Shown: positions 13,941 through 25,820 of the stretch, piece by piece
How the letters are laid out: every line of letters begins with the position of its first letter
Position numbering within the stretch: the first letter of the stretch is position 1
Source of the DNA: Octopus sinensis
Lineage: Eukaryota
Direction: 5' to 3'
Length of the DNA: 64,000 nt
Assembly: GCF_006345805.1 (NCBI RefSeq)
Contig: NC_043003.1
Location: 16,988,001 to 17,052,000 of the forward strand
Program-made: the position numbers and the translations under genes
Notes under the pieces: generated by a model
Databases searched by the model: none
Told to the model about the DNA's origin: nothing
The model's input: the letters and a program-made list of their open reading frames with translations, nothing else

Positions 13941-14351
13941 ACTCTTTTACTCTTATACTTGTTTCAGTCATTTGACCGCGGCCATGCTGGAGCACCGCCT
14001 TTAGTTGAGCAAATCGACGCCATGACTTATTCTTTGTAAGCCTAATACTTATTCTATCAGTCTCTTTTGCCGAACTGCTAAGTTACAGGGATGTAAACAC
14101 ACCAGCATCGGTTGTCAAGCGATGTTGGGAGGACAAACACAGACACACAAACATATGCACACACATATATATATATACACATATATACGACAGGCTTCTT
14201 TCAGTTTCCATCTACCAAATCCACTCACAAGGCTTTGGTCGGCCCGAGGCTTTAGTAGAAGACACTTGCCCAAGGTGCCACGCAGTGGGACTGAACCCGG
14301 AACCATGAGGTTCGTAAGCAAGCTATTTACCACACAGCCACTCCTACGCCT
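13941..14351 (-). mobile_element. SINE family A, full length
   Basis: Reverse complement of the same family. Confidence 0.92.
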
Positions 14352-15280
14352 ATAAGTAAACCCAATTTTAATAAAAAAAGCAAAAACGTTAAAATTTGAA
14401 AATTCCTCCACCCCCTAAAAGCGCTTTGTTGAAAGCCAATGAAGGAATTTCTTAATGCAGACACATTTTATCATGTAACTCGGTGTATCTTGTGCCAAAA
14501 AAAAAAAAATAAAAATAAAAGATGAGATGGTTACGAGTGGAGTGTCTTTGATCACAAGTCTGCTCAATCAGAGCCGATTAGGGTCTGTACAACAACAACA
14601 ACGATAACAGCAAACAGCATCTGTATCACGTAGGGTTATCTCTTCAGTTCCTCTTTAATTAACATTCCTTCCAGCAACATTATTACCTACTTTTCCTCTT
14701 TAATTTGCCAATAGATTTGTTTGTTAATATATATTTACGATTTCAAGTTACTTTTGCATCGTATCATCTACATGAGTTAACACGCTGCGGGGCATGGAGT
14801 TTTTTCATGCACCAAGTATAAAATATTACCCCTAATTTCCTCCCTCCTACACTTTATTTTGCTTTTCATCTTCACTTTTATCTGAAGACATATTTTTTTT
14901 TTTAACACCCGCCTCTCTCCTCTTTCGACTCCTAATATTTACCTTATCGTTTTCTTTCACGTCTTCTATCTTATCTTCAACAAAATTATTTGCAATCAGT
15001 TTATATGCTAGGCTGTCAGCCTTCAAAAGTTCCATCAAAAAGAGACTATGTATAACAGTACACAATTATTCTCTGCATAAAGTATACGATGTACTACAAT
15101 ACTCATTAAAATATATCCCAAAATGAATGGTATACACTCTAGTCCTGTCTCTTTTAACTAATTTGTTTCTACCCACGTATTTCCTTTTCCTATAAACCCA
15201 CATTCATATACAGAAAATAAAACTGGCATAAACATCAATTACGAAGATATCAGATACATTTAATATTGGTTCCAAACTAA

Positions 15281-15940
15281 GGCGGCGAGCTGGCAGAAAC
15301 GTTAGCACGCCGGGCGAAATGCTTAGAGGTATTTCGTCTGCCGTTACGTTCTGAGTTCAAATTCCGCCGAGGTCGACTTAGCCTTTCACCCTCTCGGGGT
15401 CGATTAAATAAGTACCAGTTACGCACTGGAGTCGATGTAATCGACTTAATCCCTTTGTCTGTCCGTGTTTGTCCCCTCTGTGTTTAGCCCCTTGTGGGTA
15501 GTAAAGAAATAGGTATTTCGTCTGCCGCTACGTTCTGAGTTCAAATTCCGCCGAGGTCGACTTTGCCTTTCATCCTTTCGGGGTAGATTAAATAAGTACC
15601 AGTTACGCACTGGGGTCGATGTAATCGACTTAATCCGTTTGTCTGTTCTTGTTTGTCCCTTCTGTGTTTAGCCCCTTGTGGGTAGTAAAGAAATAGGTAT
15701 TTCGTCTGCCGCTACGTTCTGAGTTCAAATTTCGCCGAGATCGACTTTGCCTTTCATCCTTTCGGGGTCGATAAATTAAGTACCAGTTACGCACTAGGGT
15801 CGATATAATCGACTTAATCCGTTTGTCTGTCCTTGTTTATCCTCTCTGTGTTTAGCCCCTTGTGGGTAGTAAAGAAATAAAAAAAACGTTAGTACGCCGG
15901 GCGAAATGCTTAGTGGTATTTCGTCCGTCTCTACATTCTG
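15281..15940 (+). mobile_element. SINE family B: head plus three ~184-bp tandem body units
   Basis: GGCGGCGAGCTGGCAGAAACGTTAGC head, then GGTATTTCGTCTGCCG...GTAAAGAAATA three times. The core GCCTTTCATCCTTTCGGGGTCGATAAATTAAGTACC resembles the MetaSINE domain. Confidence 0.9.
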
Positions 15941-15998
15941 ATTTTAATATTTTAATCGTTTTCGTTCTAGCAAAGTGAAAACCTTTTCAATAGTCTTG

Positions 15999-16160
15999 AA
16001 GACTAATGAAAAGGTTGCAAGACGCAACGAAAATTTTAGGAAAATAAAAAAGGAAATAAGTGGAAATTTTACACGTGAGTGTGTTACATTATAAGGCACA
16101 GAAAAAAAATTATTCTCCCCAGACACAACAGAAAAAGAATCTTGCAAACCAAATCCAAAG
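15999..16160 (+). mobile_element. Interspersed repeat (probably Penelope-like); uninterrupted homologue of the host element of the 5S-SINE insertion
   Basis: GAAAAGGTTGCAAGACGCAACGAAAATTTTAGGAAAATAA...GTGAGTGTGTTACATTATAAGGCACA is also found at 33569-33618 + 34205-34263 and at 48451-48625(-). Confidence 0.7.
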
Positions 16161-16229
16161 GCGAAGAATTTTAAGATTTCCGTTAATTACCTATTCTGCA
16201 TTATAAATAATTAAATGCTTCTTCACCTT

Positions 16230-16640
16230 TCTGAGAGCTTCCGGTATAAGGTGCTCATTGTGTCCCAGGTGTAGCGGGGTTGTTGGTCTGAATCCATTGT
16301 TGCACCTTCACACCACATCAATGTGGTTATTCACTCGGAACACGGGTCAAGGTGGACTTAACTTCGGTCGTGACTAACGCAGCAGAGATGCGAATGACCG
16401 GAGTGATATCAAGTCTAATTCTCGTTATCACCATTTCAGAGAAGTCACAAACTTGGCCGGTCGGTTTGAGGTGTCATAAAAGCCTCTACGAGAAGGAAAA
16501 TCCAATTTCAAATCCGGGAATATGGAGATGATGAACGTGGGCAGTAGTGCAATTGTTTAAACCAGCCAAAGAAAAACCAACCTACTTTAGGCTGGAGACT
16601 GGGATAATCTCATGGTCCTGGAAATAAACTTCTCATTACA
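16230..16640 (+). mobile_element. Possible decayed LINE (RTE-like) 5' UTR
   Basis: GC-richer island containing CTACGAGAAGGAAAATCCAATTTCAAATCC, reminiscent of RTE 5' UTR motifs. Weak. Confidence 0.3.
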
Positions 16641-17152
16641 GAAATTTTAAACTTCAAACACACTTTATCGGATGAAAGTGTTTCTGTCTGAACAGGGAGC
16701 ACATTTTAAATGTCGTTCTATCTTCATACATTAGCGAATGTAACACATTGGTCTGTAAAAATACCTCTTCCTGATATTCTGTTACAACTGTAAAATATTC
16801 TATTTTTTCTTAGTTTAGACTATAAACAATAGTAGAGATATTCATGAAATAGCAGCTAGACGCTTTCAGTGCGAAGCTATCCCTCACACACACGTACATA
16901 CACACTCACAAACGCACACACACACACTCACACACAGAGCGGGAGGAGCGAACGAAGAAAATATATAGATAAGGAGATAAATAGATGTACTTATTTTTCT
17001 CTTAAGCCAAATAGCATCACCCAAAGGATCGCAGAAATATTTACAAAAGCGATATACAACGAACACTACCGTTTTATGTCTCTACAGATTTCTTAGAATA
17101 AGTGTATTGTAGCAGAAACAAAATGGGCATTATGGTACAAAGAGAGCAATGC

Positions 17153-17193
<41 letters not shown>

Positions 17194-17427
17194 AAGAAGA
17201 GAGGGGGAAAGAGGGAGAGAGAGAGAGAGTAGAATTATATGCTTTCACCGTATATTAACTATAGATAATAGTCTAATATTAGGGCATACAAGCCCTCGTA
17301 ACGGAAAAAAGGGGCATTAGTGCACGTGGGAATCGAGCCCACAACTCTTAGGAACTATGATTCCATAACGGTAAATATATAAAATGTGTGCATTCTCTGT
17401 CTCTGTATGTATGTATTATATATAATG

Positions 17428-17493
<66 letters not shown>

Positions 17494-17498
17494 GCATG

Positions 17499-17531
<33 letters not shown>

Positions 17532-18134
17532 TTGTGTGTGTGTGTATGTATGTATATATGTATATATATATAAATATGTGTGTATATATATATATATATG
17601 TATATATATACACGTTTGTGTGTGTGAGTGCATGTGTGTGTGTAATATACAATGATACAACAATCCAAACAACAGCTAGCTGTGAATGCAGAGGCAGTGT
17701 ACCGGATATGACACTTATTAGGTGTCTCTGTTCTCTCTATCAGATCCATCTGGAATCTGCTTAGGTGCACTAGACTCAATCGAATTATTCCCCGCATGAA
17801 GAAAACAATCACACTTGCTTTTTTACTGTGCCACCTTGTAGTTATAGTTTTTAATACAAGGGAGATAACTATCCTCACAACATGAGGCAGAATTAGAATT
17901 TGAATTCAAGGAACACGAGGGAAAAAAAACTACATAAAGTTCACATACTTAATTTTGTTTAATATATTACACAATTCTTACCATTTCTAGTTGGTGGCAG
18001 TCGAATATAGCTCTATTTCATCCTATTTTGAAATCTTCAGCATAACTTAACTTGTAACTTATAGATTAGATGTATTACGAAGAGAAACACTTCATTAAAA
18101 TTAAAGATGAAATAAATTACAGTCTGGAGGTGTA

Positions 18135-18291
18135 CAAGCGACACCGCGCGTGAAACAAGATCTTCATCCGCGTAATACGATGTTGTGCATATGGTGGGAC
18201 TGGGAAGGGATTATCCATTACGTATTGCTTAAACGGAACTAAACGGTCAACGACTCAACACGTCTATTCAAGAGAAAAGACCTAATCAGCA
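18135..18291 (+). mobile_element. Mariner internal fragment
   Basis: CAAGCGACACCGCGCGTGAAACA...GACTGGGAAGGG matches 51218-51410. Confidence 0.85.
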
Positions 18292-18459
18292 ATTTTAGAT
18301 TTTGAAATTCCGCCAGTCTCATTGTTTTATCTTTATTTATTAATTAGAAAGAACATTAATTGACATTTCACTTAAGTAAATGACTGAAATGTGGGAAAAT
18401 TGGTCCTGCGTGTGTTCTTTCTTAATTCTCAATTCTTTAGAAGTATCTAAAGTTTCTGA

Positions 18460-18762
18460 GAAGGCGCATGGCTCAGTGGTTAGAGCGTCGAGCTTACGAT
18501 CGTGAGGTTGTGAGCTCGAATCCCGGACCGGGCTGTGTGTTGTGTTCTTGAGCAAGACACTTTATTTCACATTGCTCCAGTTCACTCAGCTGTAGAAATG
18601 AGTTGCGACCGTCACTGGTGCCAAGCTGTATCGACCTTTGTCTTTCCCTGGATAACACTGGTGGCGTGGAGAGGGGAGGCTGGTATGCATGGGCGACTAC
18701 TGGTCTTCCATAAAACAACCTTTCCCAGACTTGTGCCTCAGAGGGCAACTCTCTAGGTGCAA
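18460..18762 (+). mobile_element. tRNA-derived SINE (head variant E)
   Basis: GGCGCATGGCTCAGTGGTTAGAGCG A box and GAGCTCGAATCCC B-box-like motif. Tail homologues at 3387-3470(-) and 12280-12410. Confidence 0.85.
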
Positions 18763-19047
18763 AAATAGCAATCTTCTTTTCTCTAAAATCTCTTTGTTAC
18801 ATTCGGGTTAATTAGTAATGTCTAAAGCAGATAATTTTGCTTTTCTTACTCGTTTATTTCCTTCCTCAAAATGTCTTTGATTTTTGTATATTTTTCTCTT
18901 CATGTTAATTATATACCAGGAAAAACTGACTGACCTTTATATGGTTATTGAAACAAACGATTGTAAAAGACAGCGATGAAAAATAGTTTGTGATTGACCT
19001 TATCTCTCTCCCCGCCTCTCTCTCTTTATATATATATATATATGTAT

Positions 19048-19262
19048 ACTCTTTACTCGTTTACCTGTTTCAGTCATTTGACTGCGGCCATGCTGGAGCA
19101 CCGCCTCTAGTCAACCAAATCGACCCCAGGACTTATTCTTTGTAAGCCTAGTACTTATTCTATCGGTCCTTTTTGCCGAACCGCTAAGTTACAGGGACGT
19201 AAACACACCAGCATCGGGACAAACACAGACACACAAACATATATATATACACACACACATAC

Positions 19263-19313
<51 letters not shown>

Positions 19314-19473
19314 CGACAGCTTCTTTCAGTTTCTGTCTACCAAATCCCCTCACAAGGCTTTGGTTGGCTCGAGGTTATAGTAGAAGACACTTGCCCAAGG
19401 TGCCACGCAGTGGGACTGAACCCAGAACCATGTGGATGGTAAGCAAGCTACTTACCACACAGCCAGACCTATG

Positions 19474-19478
<5 letters not shown>
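19048..19478 (-). mobile_element. SINE family A
   Basis: Full family sequence with a small internal deletion, inside (TA)n. Confidence 0.9.
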
Positions 19479-19519
<41 letters not shown>

Positions 19520-19550
19520 TATAAACGTTTAATATTTAGCTGAACATGCC

Positions 19551-19600
<50 letters not shown>

Positions 19601-20102
19601 AATCTATCTATCTATATAAGTGACAAGGGAACAATAAATTACGTAATGAACTTCATTAGTTTACATCTGTTTCCGCTATATGATTCAATGACACAGCCAT
19701 GAGTGGATCGACTCTCTCTGCAGAAACAGCTGTAAGGTAATGAAGAAAGTTCATTACGATTTCTTGTTACCTCGTCATTTATATAATCTCTTATTACTGC
19801 TCTGTACGCGACTAACAGCCTTTTTCCGAAACATATGAATATATCGAGTTCCAGCACCAGGTTATTAGAATGACTATGCCTAAGCAGAATATTAATGTGT
19901 GTGTGTGTTTGTGTGCGAGTGTATATATATATATATATAAATTCTATAATTATAAGTATATAAGTATATGCTTATAATTATAGAATTTTTGTATAAGGTT
20001 ACCGATAAAGGTTATTTTACATATTTTAACATACCGAACTACTTGGTAAAATTATTAATTATTAATCAATTAATTAATTTTACCCTTTATTATTATTGAA
20101 AG

Positions 20103-20137
<35 letters not shown>

Positions 20138-20301
20138 TATATATATATGTATGTATGTATATATGTATACATATATATATATATATGTATACATCTATTT
20201 ATATAAATATATATATAAGCACACACATATATATATACATATAAACGTATATGTATATATATTTTATATATATATATAATATACATGCATACATACATAA
20301 T

Positions 20302-20401
<100 letters not shown>

Positions 20402-21402
20402 GTATATGTATACATGTTGGTATATATACTCGTAGATTTATATATTTCCATGCAAATGACTCAGTCTTTTTTCATGCAGATATCAAAGACGACGTCAGTT
20501 ACTAAATAAAGAAACTTCTTTAAAGAAATATATATATTCGTATCCATGATATATAATCCCCCACCTGTTCTACCAATACCTGCCGACAGCCCCCTCTGAA
20601 AGAACAATAACATACACACGAAGGACACATGCCGAAATAGATAAAAAAAATAACAAACACAAAAATAAAATGAACGAATATAAAGGTTAAAATACTAGAT
20701 TGCAAAGAAAACAAATACACGAGCCAGACTCATTTCTGACAAAACAGAAATAAATCTAACAGGAAGCTGGCTGCAGTCGCTGATCTAGTGTTTACGCAAG
20801 TCTCACGTTACAAGAGCTGGGTTCTGATATCTTGACTCATATACAGTTATCGATGAAGTTATATAACCGCCGTGAAAGCGAATTGCACCCGTTGGAAAAT
20901 CAGTAAAGAATGCTCGGCCTGTAAAGCAGATTTATTTTTGGTGTTACACTTTAGACCTTCAATCTCATCGCATGATGATCTTAGCAAAAAAATATCTGGA
21001 TGCTTTCTCTATTTTTAACTCGCTTCGTTTATTTACATGTTAACTTATTTATTTAGTTATCTATTTATTATACCCACCAAATGTAATCTTCTTTCTAATG
21101 TACATCTCTCCCCCATTCAGATCGGTTGCTTTACTTCTTTCTCTTTCTCCTTTCGTTCTTACTTCGAAATGCGATATTTCTTGCTCTTTTATCATATCGT
21201 TTCTGTCTTTACTCCCTCCCCCCCCCTGTTCTTATCCTTTTAAACATAATTATCGTTTCGAAATATGCAACCATTTGCAGAAATTCTTCAGACGAAGGTA
21301 ATAACAAAAGGAAATAGAAGTTGTAAGGAAAAATTACCTCATCTTTCTAAATAGATTTAAGCTTATGTATGTTAGGTTTGAATAATCAAGCATATATATA
21401 TA

Positions 21403-21481
<79 letters not shown>

Positions 21482-21533
21482 CATATATATATACATATAT
21501 ATATATATATACATATATATAATATATATATAT

Positions 21534-21567
<34 letters not shown>

Positions 21568-21592
21568 CATGTGTGTGTGTGTATAAATATAT

Positions 21593-21660
<68 letters not shown>

Positions 21661-21663
<3 letters not shown>

Positions 21664-21856
21664 CGGTTAAGTAATTGAGATTCAAGTGAATTCTAAAGAA
21701 TTCACATGAATATGGTCCTTAACTAGGATGCACCGGAATCTATATGGTGTTAACCATACGACAAGTGGGGTGATTACAAATAGGAAAAAAGCAACAAGAA
21801 CGGATTAAAATCTCGGTAGAGATTTTAATCCATTCTTGTTGCTTTTTTCCTATTTA
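21661..21856. mobile_element. (TA)n-embedded repeat with terminal hairpin (probably Penelope-like)
   Basis: Homologous to 40744-41110, 41160-41551 and 48262-48420 (GGGGTGATTA...AAGCAACAAG). Inverted repeat at 21778-21856. Confidence 0.6.
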
Positions 21857-21995
21857 TATATATATATATAGTCAATTCAAATAAATAGAACATCCAAATA
21901 AACGGTTAAAAAAATGAAAAAATAAAGAAAGAAAAAACAACGAACGTGAGGACGTGCACAAGAAGTATATTAGCTTAACGCTCGGTAGAAGGAGA

Positions 21996-22033
21996 GAGTT
22001 TAACGTTTCGAGCATAGCTCTTTGTCGGAAAAC
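21996..22033 (-). ncRNA. Degenerate minimal type-I hammerhead ribozyme
   Basis: Minus strand reads CCGACAAA-GAGC-TAT-GCTC-GAAACGTT. Two core substitutions. Homologous to 41676-41710. Confidence 0.5.
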
Positions 22034-22108
22034 AGAAAGGGAAACATCCAAACAAGGAGAAGAAATCGCCAGCGGGCCCCGTGTAGTTACATTGCTGAAG
22101 TGACCGGC

Positions 22109-22160
<52 letters not shown>

Positions 22161-22929
22161 TACAAACGCTCACAAACATATATATATATACGTATATATA
22201 TAATCGGTTCGTGCATTGGCTCTCATCAAATATATATATACCTCACTAAAGTAACTAGGACCAATAGTTAGCACCAGCTAACAACTCTTAGCCTCGAGAA
22301 CGCACTTATCTCGTGGTTATATGTTATTTTGGCTCTTATTTCTAGCAATGCTGGTGCTAACTGGTGCCCTTGGTCACTTTAGTGACGTCTACAGTTATGT
22401 CTTTCGATTAGAAATTACGAATAAGCCACCTCCATTATATATGTATTTGCGCGCTTGTATGCGTGTGTGTGCGTGCGAATGTATGTGCGTGTTTGTGTGT
22501 GTATATACACGGTAGAATAACGTAGAATAATATGTAATATAATGAAACTGAAAATCATGGATTAATTCATATTGCATTAGCAATAAAAAAAAATTCGTTC
22601 AGGAGTATCAAAAATCTGAAACCCAACAAAAACAAGATAACTCTAATACAATCTGAATGTCTGGAAAACGCAAACGACGTAATTAGTGGTGGATCTTTAT
22701 CTTCCAACGATCTGGCTAGTTACTGTCTTTGCTGGTTGGTTTTACTTCTGACTTAAATTGAAGATTTTTTCTTATGCCATTACAGCTAGGGTTGTAAAGC
22801 ATGTGTATGTAACTTGAAGGAGAATACCTCAGCCATAACACTCATATATACATTTATGTAATGTATATGTGCGTGTGTGTGTATCTGTCTGTATGTAGGT
22901 GTGTGTATGTATGTATATATGTATGTTAT

Positions 22930-23112
22930 CCCGCTGGACAGGACGCTAGTCCATCGCAGCGTTACTCATTTTTTGCCAGCTGAGTGGACTGGAGCAACGT
23001 GAAATGAAGTGTTTTGCTCAAGAACACAACGCGTCGCCCGGTCCAGGTATCGAAACCACAATCTTACAACCATGATGCTGACACCCTAACCACTAAGCCA
23101 CACGCCTCCACA
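22930..23112 (-). mobile_element. tRNA-derived SINE family D (V-domain-like segment)
   Basis: GTGGAGGCGTGTGGCTTAGTGGTTAGGG head and CTGCGATGGACTAGCGTCCTGTCCAG. Homologous to 57430-57685. Confidence 0.85.
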
Positions 23113-23469
23113 TTGTGATATATGCAATGTAAATAAATAGAATAATATAGAAATCTCTATTCAGTATTTTGTAATATATATTTCAACGTGACTAAATGAA
23201 AATACAACTGAAAACTGTTTATTTGACCAAGCGTTTGGCTGGCTAACATATGTATATTATTGCTCATGCGTTTGTTTTGTGCCCGTTTCAAGTTTAAACG
23301 AACACTGTCACAACTGGGAATTTGCGAAAGCAACTGTATAATAATATTTTTATTATCTTCTAAACTAACAGAATTGAAATATCTACCTTTGGATATTTAA
23401 TGTCTCATGTCTTGTTTCATATTATCTGTGTTTTCTTAGACAGTATTTATTATCTATATAGAAACTGTG

Positions 23470-23775
23470 GGGAGGCGCAATGGCCCAGTGGCCCAGTGGT
23501 TAGGACAGCGGACTCGCGGTCGAAGGATCGTGGTTTCGATTCCCGGACCGGGCGTTGTGTGTGTTTATTGAGCGAAAACACCTATAGCTCCACAAGGCTC
23601 CGGCAGGAGGTGGTGGCGACCCCTGTTGTACTCTTTCGCTACAATTTTCTATCACTCTTTCTTCCTGTTTCTTGAGTAACGCTGCGATGGACTGGTGTCC
23701 CATCCAGCCTTTCATACGCCATAGAAACCGGGAAACCGGGCCCATGAGCCTGGCTATGTTTGAAAAGGGCGTATA
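23470..23775 (+). mobile_element. SINE family C with tail i (V-domain-like)
   Basis: Head followed by GCTGCGATGGACTGG...GAAACCGGGCCCATGAGCCTGGCTA. Confidence 0.9.
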
Positions 23776-23949
23776 GAAATAATAAAAATATATATATAGA
23801 AACTGCATAAAATCAACATTCAAATATGACATGAAATGAACACGTCTGCAGTTTATTATTTGCGTCATTAATTCTTTAGTTCCTTATGTACAACCTACAT
23901 TTATATGAATAGGAATTTTCTGCGCCGTAGTTCTTCCATATATCATCCT

Positions 23950-24345
23950 GTGAAAGACCTGGACATGTCATCAGTGATGGTTCCTGGGGTCATTAGGTGC
24001 CTCGGGTCTTTCAACGTCAGGTACCAACCCAACCAGGTTTCCTGGGTATGAAGCATTCAGTTAGCACTACCTCTGGTTCCACGGCCCCTTCCGGGGCCCC
24101 CACCTGATCCACGGTTGCTTTGCGGCAACCTCTGATAGCTCCACAGACAACCTGATGGCCCTCTGCCTATTATCCCCCTGATGTGAAGCATCCAAGGTCT
24201 GCCTAAGGACTGGCTTGCAAACCCTCTGCATCTCACCTCGATGGGACCACACTTAGCTTGCTATCCATCGTTTTGGCATAACTCTATTAACTCAACATAT
24301 TTTCTCATTTTACTCTCGTTAGCCCCAAACACCTCATATATTTTC
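23950..24345 (-). mobile_element. 3' end of an RLE-type non-LTR retrotransposon (HERO-like)
   Basis: Minus strand ANESKMRKYVELIELCQNDG*QAKCGPIEVRCRGFASQSL matches the restriction-like endonuclease signature K..KY..L...C...GW.....P.EVG.RGF. A 3' UTR-like TTGAAAGACCCG...GACCCCAGGAACCATCACTGATGA follows. Confidence 0.75.
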
Positions 24346-24365
24346 ATAAAGAGCTTAATTTACTT

Positions 24366-24367
<2 letters not shown>

Positions 24368-24399
<32 letters not shown>

Positions 24400-24683
24400 G
24401 TTTAACGTCCGTTTTCCGTGCTAGCACAGGTTGGACGGTTCGACCGGGGTCTGGGAAGCCAGGAGGCTGCACCAGGCTCCAGTCTGATCTAGTAGTGTTT
24501 CTACAGTTGGATGCCCTTCCTAACGCCAACCACTCTGTGAGTGTGGTGGTTGCTTTTTACGTGTCACCAGCATAGGTGCTAGGGGAGGCTGGCAGCGGCC
24601 ACGATCGGTTGGTGCTTTTTACGTGCCACCGGCACAGGACTGGCTCCTGTGCCGGTGGCACGTAAAAAGCATCAACCGATCGT
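24368..24683 (-). mobile_element. SINE/LINE-tail element with (GAT)n tail and inverted 5' end
   Basis: Minus strand GTGGTTGGCGTTAGGAAGGGCATCCA...GGAAAACGGACGTTAAACGATGATGAT. Hairpin at 24601-24683. Confidence 0.8.
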
Positions 24684-25569
24684 TAATATTTATAATTAAT
24701 TGATGTGATGAATTAATACATTTATTGGACACTTGGTTTTGGATATTTTTTATACCCATCTGTCTAAAGTAAAAATTCAAGAAGCTAACTACGATAAAAC
24801 ACATCCAATACTCAAAAAGCCAAACAGGTGTTACATCCAACATTTTCTCATTGGCAGATTTAATTATTTTAACTGAAGATATGCGGAATCCAGTTATATC
24901 CTAATGCATACAGCCAACTGTAACTAAATAGCAATTATGAGACTGACATTCCTGTACTATTTCAATTTCCTACTCTTTACAGGCAGCAATACCAAAGCAT
25001 TGGGTTTTAACAAAATATTACTGTAAAGATACTAGTATATCATATGTAAAGTATTCATTGACGTCAGATATGACATTGATACTGGTAGCTTTCTTTCCTG
25101 CAACATATCTAGCAGTCCACCCACCAATTCCCAACTGTTAACTTAAATATCTGGAAGATGTGTTAAAAAGTCAAAAATACTGTTCATGTTCGCATCCTAT
25201 TTCACTGCTCCAAATTCTATTCGTTTTTGCAATTTGGCAATATTCCAAAGCTAAATTTGCTCGGAAGTTTAGAAGATCATTTATTGTGTCATTTTATTTC
25301 CTTATAACCACCAAATCACGATAGAATTACACGACAGAACGGATCAAAGTATTAACATTATATAGAATTCCATCCACCTTTCTCCCTCTATTGTTTGGGA
25401 CGTAATAAATACGAATATGAGAACCCAGCTATCTTGCGAGATCGTTTGCTAATTAGAACGATCTTTTCTTGACTCCAGTCACAGAACATAACTTAAACTT
25501 CCAGTATACCGATGTATCGTGAATACATTTATTTCATTTCAAATATTGTTTCAAATTTCTTTTTCCTGA

Positions 25570-25820
25570 ATGTGTCAGATTTCCGGAGACCAATTGAATG
25601 GTGCCAGACATGCATTTAAATGCTTCATTGCTGAACAACTGGAAACATTTTGGTATTAAAAGATTTCTTTTGTTCTTTGTTTCTTTCAATCCATAGGAAT
25701 TTCATGTATTAATATCTTAAAGAGATATGGCAAAAGAGTAATTATTGCACAATTTAATAGGCAATAGATAAAATTGTTGTAGGCAGTGATGATAACACAG
25801 GAAATAGTAACAATGATAAT
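25570..25820 (+). repeat. ~240-bp dispersed duplicate of 36462-36720
   Basis: TGAATGGTGCCAGACATGCATTTAAATGCTTCATTGCTGAACA and GTAGGCAGTGATGATAACACAGGAAATAGTAACAAT occur in both. Confidence 0.85.

Noticed and set aside
17315-17375. tRNA-like 3' half on the minus strand (GTGGGCTCGATTCCCAC)
   Set aside because: Only a T-arm-like hairpin is present. No D arm or acceptor stem is recognisable.
24700-25160. Decayed coding sequence on the minus strand (LGIGGWTARYVAG, YSWLYALGYNWIPH, LDVTPVWLFEYW)
   Set aside because: Short protein-like pieces in different frames separated by stops. I cannot assign a family; BLASTX would be needed.
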